Part shown: in pieces, positions 24,501 to 31,341 of the stretch
How the letters are laid out: every line of letters starts with the position of its first letter
Numbering within the stretch: the stretch's first letter is position 1
Assembly: GCA_004556155.1 (NCBI GenBank)
Contig: SFIM01000017.1
Location: 14,489-46,488 of the forward strand
Direction: 5' to 3'
DNA length: 32,000 nucleotides
Source of the DNA: Clostridiales bacterium
GTDB lineage: Bacteria; Bacillota; Clostridia; Christensenellales; Aristaeellaceae
The notes under the pieces: model-generated
Told to the model about the DNA's origin: nothing
The model's input: the letters and a program-made list of their open reading frames with translations, nothing else
Databases searched by the model: none
Program-made: the position numbers and the translations under genes

Positions 24501-25550
24501 ATGACCGTTCAAAAGGATTTGAAGGAACGGCTGATTGACGATATTGAAAAGCTGCCTGCGCATACCAAGCTGCCCTCGCGCACCGAACTGAGCGCGCAGT
24601 ATTACGTCAGCCGGCAGACAATGGACGTGGTGATTAACACCCTGTGCCGCGAAGGATATCTATATGCCCTGCGCGGAGCGGGCACCTATGTGGCGGATCC
24701 CGCGGCCAATATTGTGATGGGCGGCGGACTGACGCGCCGCACTATCGGCCTGGTGCTGCCTACCTACGGCATTAACATATCGCCGCAATTGGAAAAAGGC
24801 GCGGTAGAGGAAGCTGCGCGCCATGGGTTGAACGTGGTGTGCTGCGTAACGGATCATAATGATCGCAAGCAGATGAGCCATTTGCGCCGGCTGGTCAACA
24901 GCAACTGCGCGGGCGTATTGACCATGGCCCCCGACGGCTCGGATGGCCGGGATATGGCGGCGCTTTTGCATGCCGCGCGCGTGCCGGTGGTGTGGCTGCT
25001 GTCCAAGCCAAAATCCGAGTACGACGCGCCGGTGATTCAGTACAACGATATCAGCGTCAGCACCCTATCCGTGCAGCATCTGTACAACCAGGGGTATCGG
25101 CGCATCGGCTATGTGTGCAATCACATCAGCGCGCAGCCCGGCATGCCCAATATGGGGCTGGCGGCGGCGCTGCGAATGCTGAATTTGCCCATCGATCCGG
25201 CCTGGACGCTGCAAATGCACGCAACGGACGAAATCTTTATCGAGCAGGTGGCGCGCATGCTGTCCCATCCCAACCGCCCCGATGCGCTGACTTGTTTTAA
25301 TGATACCGTTGCGGCCAGTGTGTATGAAGCGGCGCGGCGCGCGGGATTGCGCGTTGGGGCTGATCTTGGCGTGATTGGCAAGGATAAGACCTTTACCGTG
25401 GGCTTGCAGGCCTTCATTCAGGAAAATACCACCAACTGGGTCAACATGGCCGCTGCCACGGTGCTGGGCTTGATTCCTGTGCTGATCCTGTTTTTGAGCT
25501 TCCAGAAAACCTTTATCGCTGGCATGACCAGCGGCGCCGTCAAGGCGTAA
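24501..25550 (+). CDS. Chimeric ORF: AraR-type regulator (GntR wHTH plus LacI-type sugar-binding domain) truncated after ...ADLGVIG and fused in frame to a permease C-terminus. It is probably a decayed gene.
   Basis: Residues 1-67 form a GntR-type wHTH (LPSRTELSAQYYVSRQTMDVVINTLCREGYLYALRGAGTYV). Residues ~80-293 have LacI/PBP1 style (IGLVLP..., GYRRIGYV, CFNDTVAASVYEAARRAGLRVGADLGVIG). From residue ~294 the sequence switches to KDKTFTVGLQAF...GAVKA. Confidence 0.75.
   Translation: MTVQKDLKERLIDDIEKLPAHTKLPSRTELSAQYYVSRQTMDVVINTLCREGYLYALRGAGTYVADPAANIVMGGGLTRRTIGLVLPTYGINISPQLEKGAVEEAARHGLNVVCCVTDHNDRKQMSHLRRLVNSNCAGVLTMAPDGSDGRDMAALLHAARVPVVWLLSKPKSEYDAPVIQYNDISVSTLSVQHLYNQGYRRIGYVCNHISAQPGMPNMGLAAALRMLNLPIDPAWTLQMHATDEIFIEQVARMLSHPNRPDALTCFNDTVAASVYEAARRAGLRVGADLGVIGKDKTFTVGLQAFIQENTTNWVNMAAATVLGLIPVLILFLSFQKTFIAGMTSGAVKA
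25380..25550 (+). pseudogene. 3'-terminal fragment (~57 codons) of a MalG-type carbohydrate ABC permease gene
   Basis: KDKTFTVGLQAFIQENTTNWVNMAAATVLGLIPVLILFLSFQKTFIAGMTSGAVKA follows the conserved C-terminal pattern of MalG-like permeases. That pattern is D..YTL.VG[LM]Q.F......W....AA.V....P.[LI][LI].F...Q+.F..G.T.G.VK[GA], as in the E. coli MalG tail. No upstream permease body is present. Confidence 0.7.
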
Positions 25551-25578
25551 TCGTATAGAAAAGGAAAAAGTAAACCAT

Positions 25579-26391
25579 ATGAAAAAACTTGCATTGTACA
25601 TGTCCTCTACCCACATGCCGCAAAAGGCGGATTGGCTCTCCTGCGTAACGGTTGCGGCGGACGCCGGCTTTGACGGGCTGGAGCTGTTTGGCGCTCGCTA
25701 CACGCGCGAGGCCGATATGACCCCGGATCAGCTGGACGCGATTGCCCGCGCCGCGCGGGCGCGCAATTTGACACTGTCGGGCCATCCCTGGGTGGAATGG
25801 GGCGATCTGCCGCTGGCTGCGCTTTTGCCCAGGCTTGACCGGCTGTGCGATGACTGCGCACGGCTGGGTGAGCGCGAAGTGGTACTGCATATGGATTTTC
25901 TTTCGCACCGGCAAAACGGGGGCATGGAGCGGCTCTTTGCGGCGATTGACCGCATGTATCCTATCCTGCAAAGGGAGGGGATGACCCTGATGATGGAGAA
26001 CGTGCCGGCGCACGGCATCCGTGAGCTGGGCTCTGAAACCGAAGATTTTACGCAGCTGTTTGCCCGCTATGCCGATGAAACTGGCCCGGTGCAGATGAAC
26101 ATCGACAGCGGCCATGCTTATATTATGAACATGGCGGAGACGCTTTCTCAGCGCTTTGGCAGCCGCTGGCGCTATGCGCATATTGACGATAACGACGGCG
26201 TGGAGGATTCGCATGTTGCGCCTGGCGAGGGCACGCTTGACTTTGCGGCCTTTGCCGCCTGTGCCGCGCAGGCGGGCTATCAGGGGCCGCTGATGATGGA
26301 ATATGCCATGGGCAAGGTGGCGTTTGGCATGCAGGCGCTGCGCGATGCATACGGCGCGCAAGGCTATGATCTGCATGCGCTCAAGCTGTAA
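25579..26391 (+). CDS. Xylose-isomerase-like TIM-barrel protein ('sugar phosphate isomerase/epimerase' family, PF01261-like)
   Basis: 270 aa. The pattern AGFDGLELF ... VVLHMDF ... LMMENV ... NIDSGHA ... LMMEY gives the E/D/H/E metal-ligand spacing typical of this fold. ATG 25579 follows AAAGGAAAAAG. Confidence 0.85.
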   Translation: MKKLALYMSSTHMPQKADWLSCVTVAADAGFDGLELFGARYTREADMTPDQLDAIARAARARNLTLSGHPWVEWGDLPLAALLPRLDRLCDDCARLGEREVVLHMDFLSHRQNGGMERLFAAIDRMYPILQREGMTLMMENVPAHGIRELGSETEDFTQLFARYADETGPVQMNIDSGHAYIMNMAETLSQRFGSRWRYAHIDDNDGVEDSHVAPGEGTLDFAAFAACAAQAGYQGPLMMEYAMGKVAFGMQALRDAYGAQGYDLHALKL

Positions 26392-26410
26392 GATATTGCT
26401 ATTATGATAA

Positions 26411-26444
26411 CTCCCCCGTCTGTTGCAATGAACGGACGGGGGAG
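26411..26444. terminator. Hairpin between the convergent TIM-barrel and YgjP-like genes
   Basis: 10-bp stem CTCCCCCGTC (26411-26420) / GACGGGGGAG (26435-26444). The flanking U-tracts are poor, so efficiency is uncertain. Confidence 0.45.
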
Positions 26445-26447
26445 CTC

Positions 26448-27167
26448 TTATCGCAGCCATTGGGCTGCGTTTTGCTTTAAAACGAGCCTGCACTGCGGCC
26501 AATCGGGCGCTAACCTGGACAGCAGGGCGTAAAAGCCGCTGCCGTGGTTGGGATAAATCAGGTGGCACAGCTCATGCGTAACGACCATGCGGATGCATGC
26601 TGGCGGGGCCTGGATCAGCCTGCGATTGAGGGTGATAACGCCCTTTTGCGGCATGCAGGAACCCCAGCGGCTTTTCATATCTCGAATGCGTAGCGCAGGC
26701 TTGGCCGCGCCTAAATGGGCGAATGGGGGATAGGCTGCGTCCAGCGCGGCGGAAAATACGGACTGACATTGGCTGCCGATAAAACTCTCCGTCAGGCGTT
26801 TGCGGGCGGCAGAGTCCGCCGGATGCCGCAGGCGCAGCAGCAACGTATCATCCTGCCATACTGCCTCGTCGCGCGTGCCCTGCACAGCGCGCAGCGTTAC
26901 GCTGCGGCCAAGCAACTGGATGACTTCGCCATCTGCATATGTGCGCGGTGTGGGAGCCATGGCGGATTGCGCCTGCTGGATGGCAAGAATCTGCTTCGAT
27001 TTGCTGGCTACAAAAGCATCGATCAATGTACGGCTTGTCCCAAAGGGCGCGGAAACATAGACGCTGCCGTCCGGGCGAATGCGCAGATTGACGTTCTTGA
27101 TGGGCTTTTCTTCCAGCGTGTAGTGAAGGTGCTGATCCTGCACCCGTACGGTGCGTTCCGTTTTCAC
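26448..27167 (-). CDS. YgjP/DUF45-type (M48-like) zinc metallohydrolase
   Basis: 239 aa with the pattern RWGSCMPQKGVITLNRRLIQAPPACIRMVVTHELCHLIYPNHGSGFYALL (HExxH plus downstream H). The start is GTG at 27167, 11 nt after AAAGGAG. The nearby ATG at 27177 is out of frame and only 1 nt from the SD. Confidence 0.82.
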   Translation of the reverse strand: MKTERTVRVQDQHLHYTLEEKPIKNVNLRIRPDGSVYVSAPFGTSRTLIDAFVASKSKQILAIQQAQSAMAPTPRTYADGEVIQLLGRSVTLRAVQGTRDEAVWQDDTLLLRLRHPADSAARKRLTESFIGSQCQSVFSAALDAAYPPFAHLGAAKPALRIRDMKSRWGSCMPQKGVITLNRRLIQAPPACIRMVVTHELCHLIYPNHGSGFYALLSRLAPDWPQCRLVLKQNAAQWLR

Positions 27168-27205
27168 GCGTATTCATTCTCCTTTTTCCAGCGGAATTAC
27201 GGCGT

Positions 27206-27235
27206 ATTATAGCATGCGGCGTTAAATTGTGTCAA
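27206..27235 (-). promoter_or_regulatory. Sigma-70-type promoter of the YgjP-like gene
   Basis: On the minus strand: TTGACA (27235-27230), 18 nt, TATAAT (27211-27206), preceded by TGC. Confidence 0.5.
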
Positions 27236-27280
27236 AAAGATAAAATGTATAATCCGTCCGACAAAAATACATCAAAGGGG

Positions 27281-27309
27281 TTTACAGAATCTTGCAGAGG
27301 GAGTATAAT
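27281..27309 (+). promoter_or_regulatory. Sigma-70-type promoter of the PII-like/antiporter operon
   Basis: TTTACA (27281-27286), 17 nt, TATAAT (27304-27309). GGAGG at 27333-27337 lies 9 nt before ATG 27347. Confidence 0.6.
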
Positions 27310-27346
27310 TGCCCCGTTCTGATAGAAGAAACGGAGGCAATGCAAG

Positions 27347-27703
27347 ATGAAACTGCTGATTTACATCACCAACAATACGCAGCACGTCTATCCGATCCTG
27401 GCCTCCATGCTGGAGCAGCACATTGGCGGGGCGACCGTGGTGGACTGCGAGGGCATGCTGCGCGCCATTTCTGAAACGTCCAGCGAGCCGCCACCGATTT
27501 TCGGCTCTCTGCGCGCTTTCCTTAATCCTACCCAGCAGAACGGCAAGATGATCTTTGCCGCCCTGCAGGATGATCAGGTGCCTGTGGCTAAGCGCATTAT
27601 CCATGCGGTGGCCGGCAACCTGACCGAGGCCAACCATGGCGTGCTCTTTACCGTTCCCATCGACGATGCGGAGCTGACGGATACGCACGAAGCGAGGCGC
27701 TGA
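27347..27703 (+). CDS. Small cytoplasmic protein with a predicted PII-like (beta-alpha-beta-beta-alpha-beta) fold. It is a candidate regulatory partner of the downstream antiporter.
   Basis: 118 aa. Predicted elements are MKLLIYIT (b1), VYPILASMLEQHIGG (a1), ATVVDCEG (b2), a ~30-residue loop, KMIFAALQ (b3), DQVPVAKRIIHAVAG (a2) and GVLFTVPIDD (b4). This order and the C-terminal G..[VL]F..P[VI]D resemble DarA/PstA-type PII-like proteins. The stop lies 2 nt before the antiporter ATG. The fold call is by eye only. Confidence 0.55.
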   Translation: MKLLIYITNNTQHVYPILASMLEQHIGGATVVDCEGMLRAISETSSEPPPIFGSLRAFLNPTQQNGKMIFAALQDDQVPVAKRIIHAVAGNLTEANHGVLFTVPIDDAELTDTHEARR

Positions 27704-27705
27704 AA

Positions 27706-28881
27706 ATGACAATGCTGCTTAGTCTGGCTTTGGCCATGCTGGTGGGTCTGCTCTTTACCCGCCTTGCCAAGCTGGTGCATCTGCCCAATGTAACCGCCTA
27801 CCTGGTGGCGGGTCTGCTGATCGGCCCCAGTTGCCTGGGGCTGGTGCCCTCGGGTGTGCTCAAATCCATGGATATCATTTCCACCGTGGCACTGGGCTTC
27901 ATCGCCTTCTCCATCGGCGGCGAGTTTAAGCTTTCCAGCATGAAAATGCTGGGCAGCCGGGTGATTACCATCACCTTCTTCCAGGCCATGACGGCCGTGC
28001 TGATGGTGGATGCGGTGCTGCTGATCTGCGGCTTCCCTGCCGCCGAAGCGCTGACGCTGGGCGCGATTGCCGCGGCCACGGCTCCCGCCGCTACGCTGAT
28101 GGTGGTGCGTCAATACCGCGCCAAGGGCCCGCTGACCTCCACACTTCTGCCTGTGGTGGCCATGGATGATGCGGTGGGACTGATCGTTTTCGCCATCTCG
28201 CTGGCGCTGGCACGCACCTTTGCCAATGGCAGCGCGCTGACGGTGAAGAATATGCTGATCGACCCGGTGGTGGAAATCGTGCTTTCCCTGACCATTGGCG
28301 GCGTGATAGGGCTGCTGCTGGCCGTGGGCATTCGCTTCTTCCATTCCCGCGCCAACCGGCTGATGCTGTGCCTGACGGCCGTGCTGCTGGGCATTGCGCT
28401 GGCCGAGCTGATGAGCCTTAGCTCCCTGCTGCTGTGCATGATGATCGGCGCAGTCTACTGCAACCTGGGCGCGGATACCGCCGTGGTGATGGATCTGTGC
28501 GATCGCTGGACGCCGCCGGTGCTGCTGCTGTTCTTCGTCGTTTCGGGCGCGGAGCTGGAGCTGTCGGTCATTCCCACGGTGGGTCTGCTGGGCATTATCT
28601 ATATGCTCACGCGTTCGCTGGGCAAGTATTTTGGCGCGTATATCGGCTCGCTCATTACGCATGCGGATGCGAGCATCCGCAAGTATCTGGGCATTACGCT
28701 GCTGCCACAGGCTGGCGTAGCCATCGGTATGGCGCAGCTGGTCATTGCGCAGCTGCCGCAGTACGGCGCGCAGATTCGCGCGGTGGTGCTGTGCGCCACG
28801 CTGATTTACGAGCTGGTCGGCCCCTTCCTGACCAAGAAGGCGCTGCAGGCGGCAGGGGAAATCGATCCCAAGAACGCCTGA
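27706..28881 (+). CDS. Cation:proton antiporter, CPA2-type (Na_H_Exchanger family), membrane domain only
   Basis: 391 aa with ~11-12 TM helices. The N-terminus LLSLALAMLVGLLFTRLAKLVHLPNVTAYLVAGLLIGPSCLG is characteristic of KefB/KefC/YbaL-like exchangers. There is no C-terminal RCK/KTN domain. Confidence 0.9.
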   Translation: MTMLLSLALAMLVGLLFTRLAKLVHLPNVTAYLVAGLLIGPSCLGLVPSGVLKSMDIISTVALGFIAFSIGGEFKLSSMKMLGSRVITITFFQAMTAVLMVDAVLLICGFPAAEALTLGAIAAATAPAATLMVVRQYRAKGPLTSTLLPVVAMDDAVGLIVFAISLALARTFANGSALTVKNMLIDPVVEIVLSLTIGGVIGLLLAVGIRFFHSRANRLMLCLTAVLLGIALAELMSLSSLLLCMMIGAVYCNLGADTAVVMDLCDRWTPPVLLLFFVVSGAELELSVIPTVGLLGIIYMLTRSLGKYFGAYIGSLITHADASIRKYLGITLLPQAGVAIGMAQLVIAQLPQYGAQIRAVVLCATLIYELVGPFLTKKALQAAGEIDPKNA

Positions 28882-28894
28882 AAAGATCATAGAC

Positions 28895-28927
28895 AAAAGC
28901 CGTCGGAGCGGATGCTTCGGCGGCTTT
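28895..28927. terminator. Bidirectional intrinsic terminator (antiporter operon on +, small ORF on -)
   Basis: ~13-bp stem AAGCCGTCGGAGC (28897-28909) / GCTTCGGCGGCTT (28914-28926) with two G-U pairs and a GGAT loop. The minus-strand side is followed by TTTTGTCTAT, the plus-strand side by TGCTGCTAATTTTC. Confidence 0.6.
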
Positions 28928-28931
28928 GCTG

Positions 28932-29024
28932 CTAATTTTCGGTGCCTTGTCTGCGGCGCATGCGGTGCAGCGCGCGGCGATAGCGAAAAAGCGGCGCGGC
29001 GGATTTGAAAATTTCCCGCTTCAT
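28932..29024 (-). CDS. Candidate small ORF encoding a 30-residue arginine-rich peptide
   Basis: ATG 29024-29022 lies 7 nt after a full AGGAGGTGA (29037-29029). Hand translation gives MKREIFKSAAPLFRYRRALHRMRRRQGTEN, with TAG at 28934-28932. The terminator hairpin begins 5 nt later. I could not find a convincing promoter upstream. Confidence 0.35.
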   Translation of the reverse strand: MKREIFKSAAPLFRYRRALHRMRRRQGTEN

Positions 29025-29100
29025 CCCGTCACCTCCTGTTAAAAGTGTGGCAGGTTTCTGCGCAAAAATGCATAATTCAAGACGAAAATTGCACGCTTTC

Positions 29101-29129
29101 TTGCATTCCAAACGCAAATGTGATATGAT
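29101..29129 (+). promoter_or_regulatory. Sigma-70-type promoter of aroK
   Basis: TTGCAT (29101-29106), 17 nt, TATGAT (29124-29129), preceded by TGA (extended -10). Confidence 0.55.
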
Positions 29130-29159
29130 CTGATCACGAGATACAAAGGAGATGGCAGC

Positions 29160-29669
29160 ATGCTTAAGATGCACATTTTTCTGGTAGGCATGGCCGGCGC
29201 GGGCAAAACCAGCCTGGGCAGGCGTTTGGCTACCAACCTGAATATCCCCTTTGTGGATACCGATCAGCGCATTAGCGAAATCATGGGTATGTCCGTGATT
29301 GAGATTTTTCAAACGTTGGGCGAGCAGTTTTTTCGCAATGCGGAGGCCGGCGTGCTGATGGAGCTGATTGGCAAGCCCCCGTGCGTGGTGTCTACCGGCG
29401 GTGGCCTGCCCACCGTGCGCGAAAACGTGCTGCTGATGCAGAACCACGGCGTGATCATCCATGTGGATCGTCCGCTGGATCAGATTCTGTCCGATATCAA
29501 GATGGATCGCCGCCCTACCCTGGCCGGCGGCTCGCACGAAAATGTGATCGACCAGTACAACGAGCGCATCGGCCATTACCGTGCCTGCGCTGATTACCGG
29601 CTGGACAACTCCCACGGCTTCGCCATCGGATTGCAGACGCTGACCCAGATGGTGGAGAATATGCGATAA
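29160..29669 (+). CDS. aroK: Shikimate kinase
   Basis: 169 aa with P-loop GMAGAGKTSLGR, shikimate-binding FVDTDQ and VVSTGGG, and family-typical length. ATG lies 8 nt after AAGGAG. Confidence 0.92.
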   Translation: MLKMHIFLVGMAGAGKTSLGRRLATNLNIPFVDTDQRISEIMGMSVIEIFQTLGEQFFRNAEAGVLMELIGKPPCVVSTGGGLPTVRENVLLMQNHGVIIHVDRPLDQILSDIKMDRRPTLAGGSHENVIDQYNERIGHYRACADYRLDNSHGFAIGLQTLTQMVENMR

Positions 29670-29672
29670 ATC

Positions 29673-29711
29673 AAAACCGGGAAGGCTGAAATGGGCCGTT
29701 CCCGGTTTTTT
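29673..29711. terminator. Bidirectional intrinsic terminator between aroK and the convergent ABC permease gene
   Basis: Stem AAAACCGGGAA (29673-29683) / TTCCCGGTTTT (29699-29709), with an inner GGC/GCC extension. A T-run follows on the plus strand and an A-run precedes it. Confidence 0.75.
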
Positions 29712-29734
29712 ATGCTTATATTTATGATAATCAA

Positions 29735-30529
29735 TCAGTGCTTTTTTCTGCTTCCCGCCGCAGCAGCGGCAATCAGATAAAACGCCAGCACAGGCAGGGC
29801 GTACAGCAGCGCACCCGCGAAGGCGTAGTCCGTGCTGCTTTTGATGATATCGTTAAACGCAGTAGAGAGCGGGCGCAGGCGTGCATCTGGCAACAGGATC
29901 AGCGGCTGCTCAACCATGTTCCACACCTGGGCAAAATACACCAGACCCAGCGCCGCTAACCCCGGCGTAATCTGCGGCAGCAGCACATAGCGCAGAATCT
30001 TGAGCGCGGAGTCCGTCTCCAGCGAGGCGGCCTCCCACTGGCTGTCGTCCACTGTGCGCAGCAGCATGCACACCGCCACCGGCCCGATGGGCGCAAAAAC
30101 GTTCAGCAGTATGACGCTCCATGGGCTGTCGTACAGGCCGGTGAGCAGGCTCAGCTTGTATACCGGCAGCATAATGATCTGAAACGGCGACAGGAGCGAC
30201 AGCACGTACAGCGCCAGCAGCGCGCGCTGCCAGCGGCGCGGCAGGCGCGACAAAAACAGCCCCGCCCCCAGCGCGACAGGCATTGCCAGAGCCAGCGATA
30301 CGCCCGTCAGCATGGCCGAATTGTAAAACTGGCGGCCGTATTCGCGGTCGCTTAGCGCGCGGACAAACTGCTCCGTGCTCAGGCGCAGCCCGCTCAAGGC
30401 GGCGGGTTCCTGCTGGAAGATTGCCTGCGCCGTTTGCGATGGCAGAAAGGAGAGCAGCGTCAGCACGACTGCCGGCAGCAGAAACAGCGCCAGCAGCAGG
30501 GTCAGCAGCGCGCCGGAAAGCCTTTTCAT
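29735..30529 (-). CDS. Carbohydrate ABC transporter permease (MalG-like)
   Basis: The start is reassigned to ATG 30529 (MKRLSGALLTLLLALFLLPAVV...), which overlaps the upstream stop as ATGA. It has the EAA loop EAASLETDSALKILRYVLLPQITPG. The first 258 residues of the 523-aa track ORF are an out-of-frame read-through of the neighbouring gene. Confidence 0.88.
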   Translation of the reverse strand: MKRLSGALLTLLLALFLLPAVVLTLLSFLPSQTAQAIFQQEPAALSGLRLSTEQFVRALSDREYGRQFYNSAMLTGVSLALAMPVALGAGLFLSRLPRRWQRALLALYVLSLLSPFQIIMLPVYKLSLLTGLYDSPWSVILLNVFAPIGPVAVCMLLRTVDDSQWEAASLETDSALKILRYVLLPQITPGLAALGLVYFAQVWNMVEQPLILLPDARLRPLSTAFNDIIKSSTDYAFAGALLYALPVLAFYLIAAAAAGSRKKH

Positions 30530-31341
30530 GCGCGCCCCCTTTCCCGCCCCGCCAGCGGATAGGCCAGCATGTACAGCAGCAGGGACAACACCGTCAGGCT
30601 GACGGCGCTGGCCGCTACGTTCTGAAAGTTCAGCTTGTTGAAGTGATTGCTGATATAGTGCTGTATCATGTACATATTGCGGCACGGATACGCCCCAAAC
30701 AGCAGATAGCTTTCCTTGTACAGCTGAAAGGCGTACATCAGCAGCACCAGCAGCATCAGCCCGATATTTGCCTGCACGCAGGGCAGGCTGATGCGCAGAT
30801 AGGTGCGCACCTCGCCCGCGCCGTCCAGCGCCGCCGCGTCCAGGATATCCCGCTCCACCCCGCGCAGCCCGGCATACAGCAGCGCTGCTCCTGCGCCGCT
30901 GTATTTCCACAGGTATAGGCTGACCAGCGCGCAATAAGCGCTGCCCGTGCTGCTGAAGGCCGACGTGTGAAACGCCGCCTGCCACAGGGTTGTGATGGAT
31001 ACCGAGGGGATAAACAGCGGCAGCACCAGAATGGACAGCGCCAGGATTCTGCGCCGCGCGCGCAGCAGCAGATATGCCAGAAGGCCAGCCAGCAGCGATG
31101 CACCGCCCACCGTCATCAGCAGGATGATCAGCGTATTTTTTACCGCCAGCCTGAAGTTGGGGTTGTTCAGCACCCTGGTGTAGTTCTGCAGCCCGACAAA
31201 CTGCCGCGAAAAGCTGTTGCTCAGCAGCGAATACCAGCCCGTTATGCCAAAGGGTACAATGTAGAGCGCAAAGAACGCCAGCGCGGCGGGCAGACCCATC
31301 AGGCACAGCTTCAGATCGATCAGCCGCTTACTGCTTTTCAT
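30526..31341 (-). CDS. Carbohydrate ABC transporter permease (MalF-like)
   Basis: The start is reassigned to ATG 31341 (MKSSKRLIDLKLCLMGLPAALAFFALYIVPF...), which overlaps the upstream stop as ATGA. It has the EAA loop DAAALDGAGEVRTYLRISLPCV. Confidence 0.88.
   Translation of the reverse strand: MKSSKRLIDLKLCLMGLPAALAFFALYIVPFGITGWYSLLSNSFSRQFVGLQNYTRVLNNPNFRLAVKNTLIILLMTVGGASLLAGLLAYLLLRARRRILALSILVLPLFIPSVSITTLWQAAFHTSAFSSTGSAYCALVSLYLWKYSGAGAALLYAGLRGVERDILDAAALDGAGEVRTYLRISLPCVQANIGLMLLVLLMYAFQLYKESYLLFGAYPCRNMYMIQHYISNHFNKLNFQNVAASAVSLTVLSLLLYMLAYPLAGRERGRA

Noticed and set aside
26848-27177. ATG 27177 as the start of the YgjP-region gene
   Set aside because: It is out of frame with the HExxH-containing protein and only 1 nt from the SD. 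The in-frame GTG at 27167 gives the conserved DUF45-type protein.
27574-28896. 440-aa minus-strand ORF opposite the antiporter gene. Similar antisense ORFs occur at 16973-18094, 21650-22360, 25540-26568 and 13489-14190.
   Set aside because: Their products are His/Gln/Arg/Gly-rich low-complexity sequences that overlap genes with strong family signatures on the other strand.
28932-29615. 227-aa minus-strand ORF covering aroK
   Set aside because: Most of it is antisense to a clear shikimate kinase gene. Only its last 30 codons, which have their own strong SD and terminator, are retained as a candidate small ORF.
29735-31306. 523-aa ORF suggesting a fused double-length permease
   Set aside because: Only the last 264 residues (from MKRLSGALL, ATG 30529) look like a permease. 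The upstream 258 residues are an out-of-frame reading of the neighbouring permease gene (30526-31341), which has its own EAA loop and an ATGA-coupled start.
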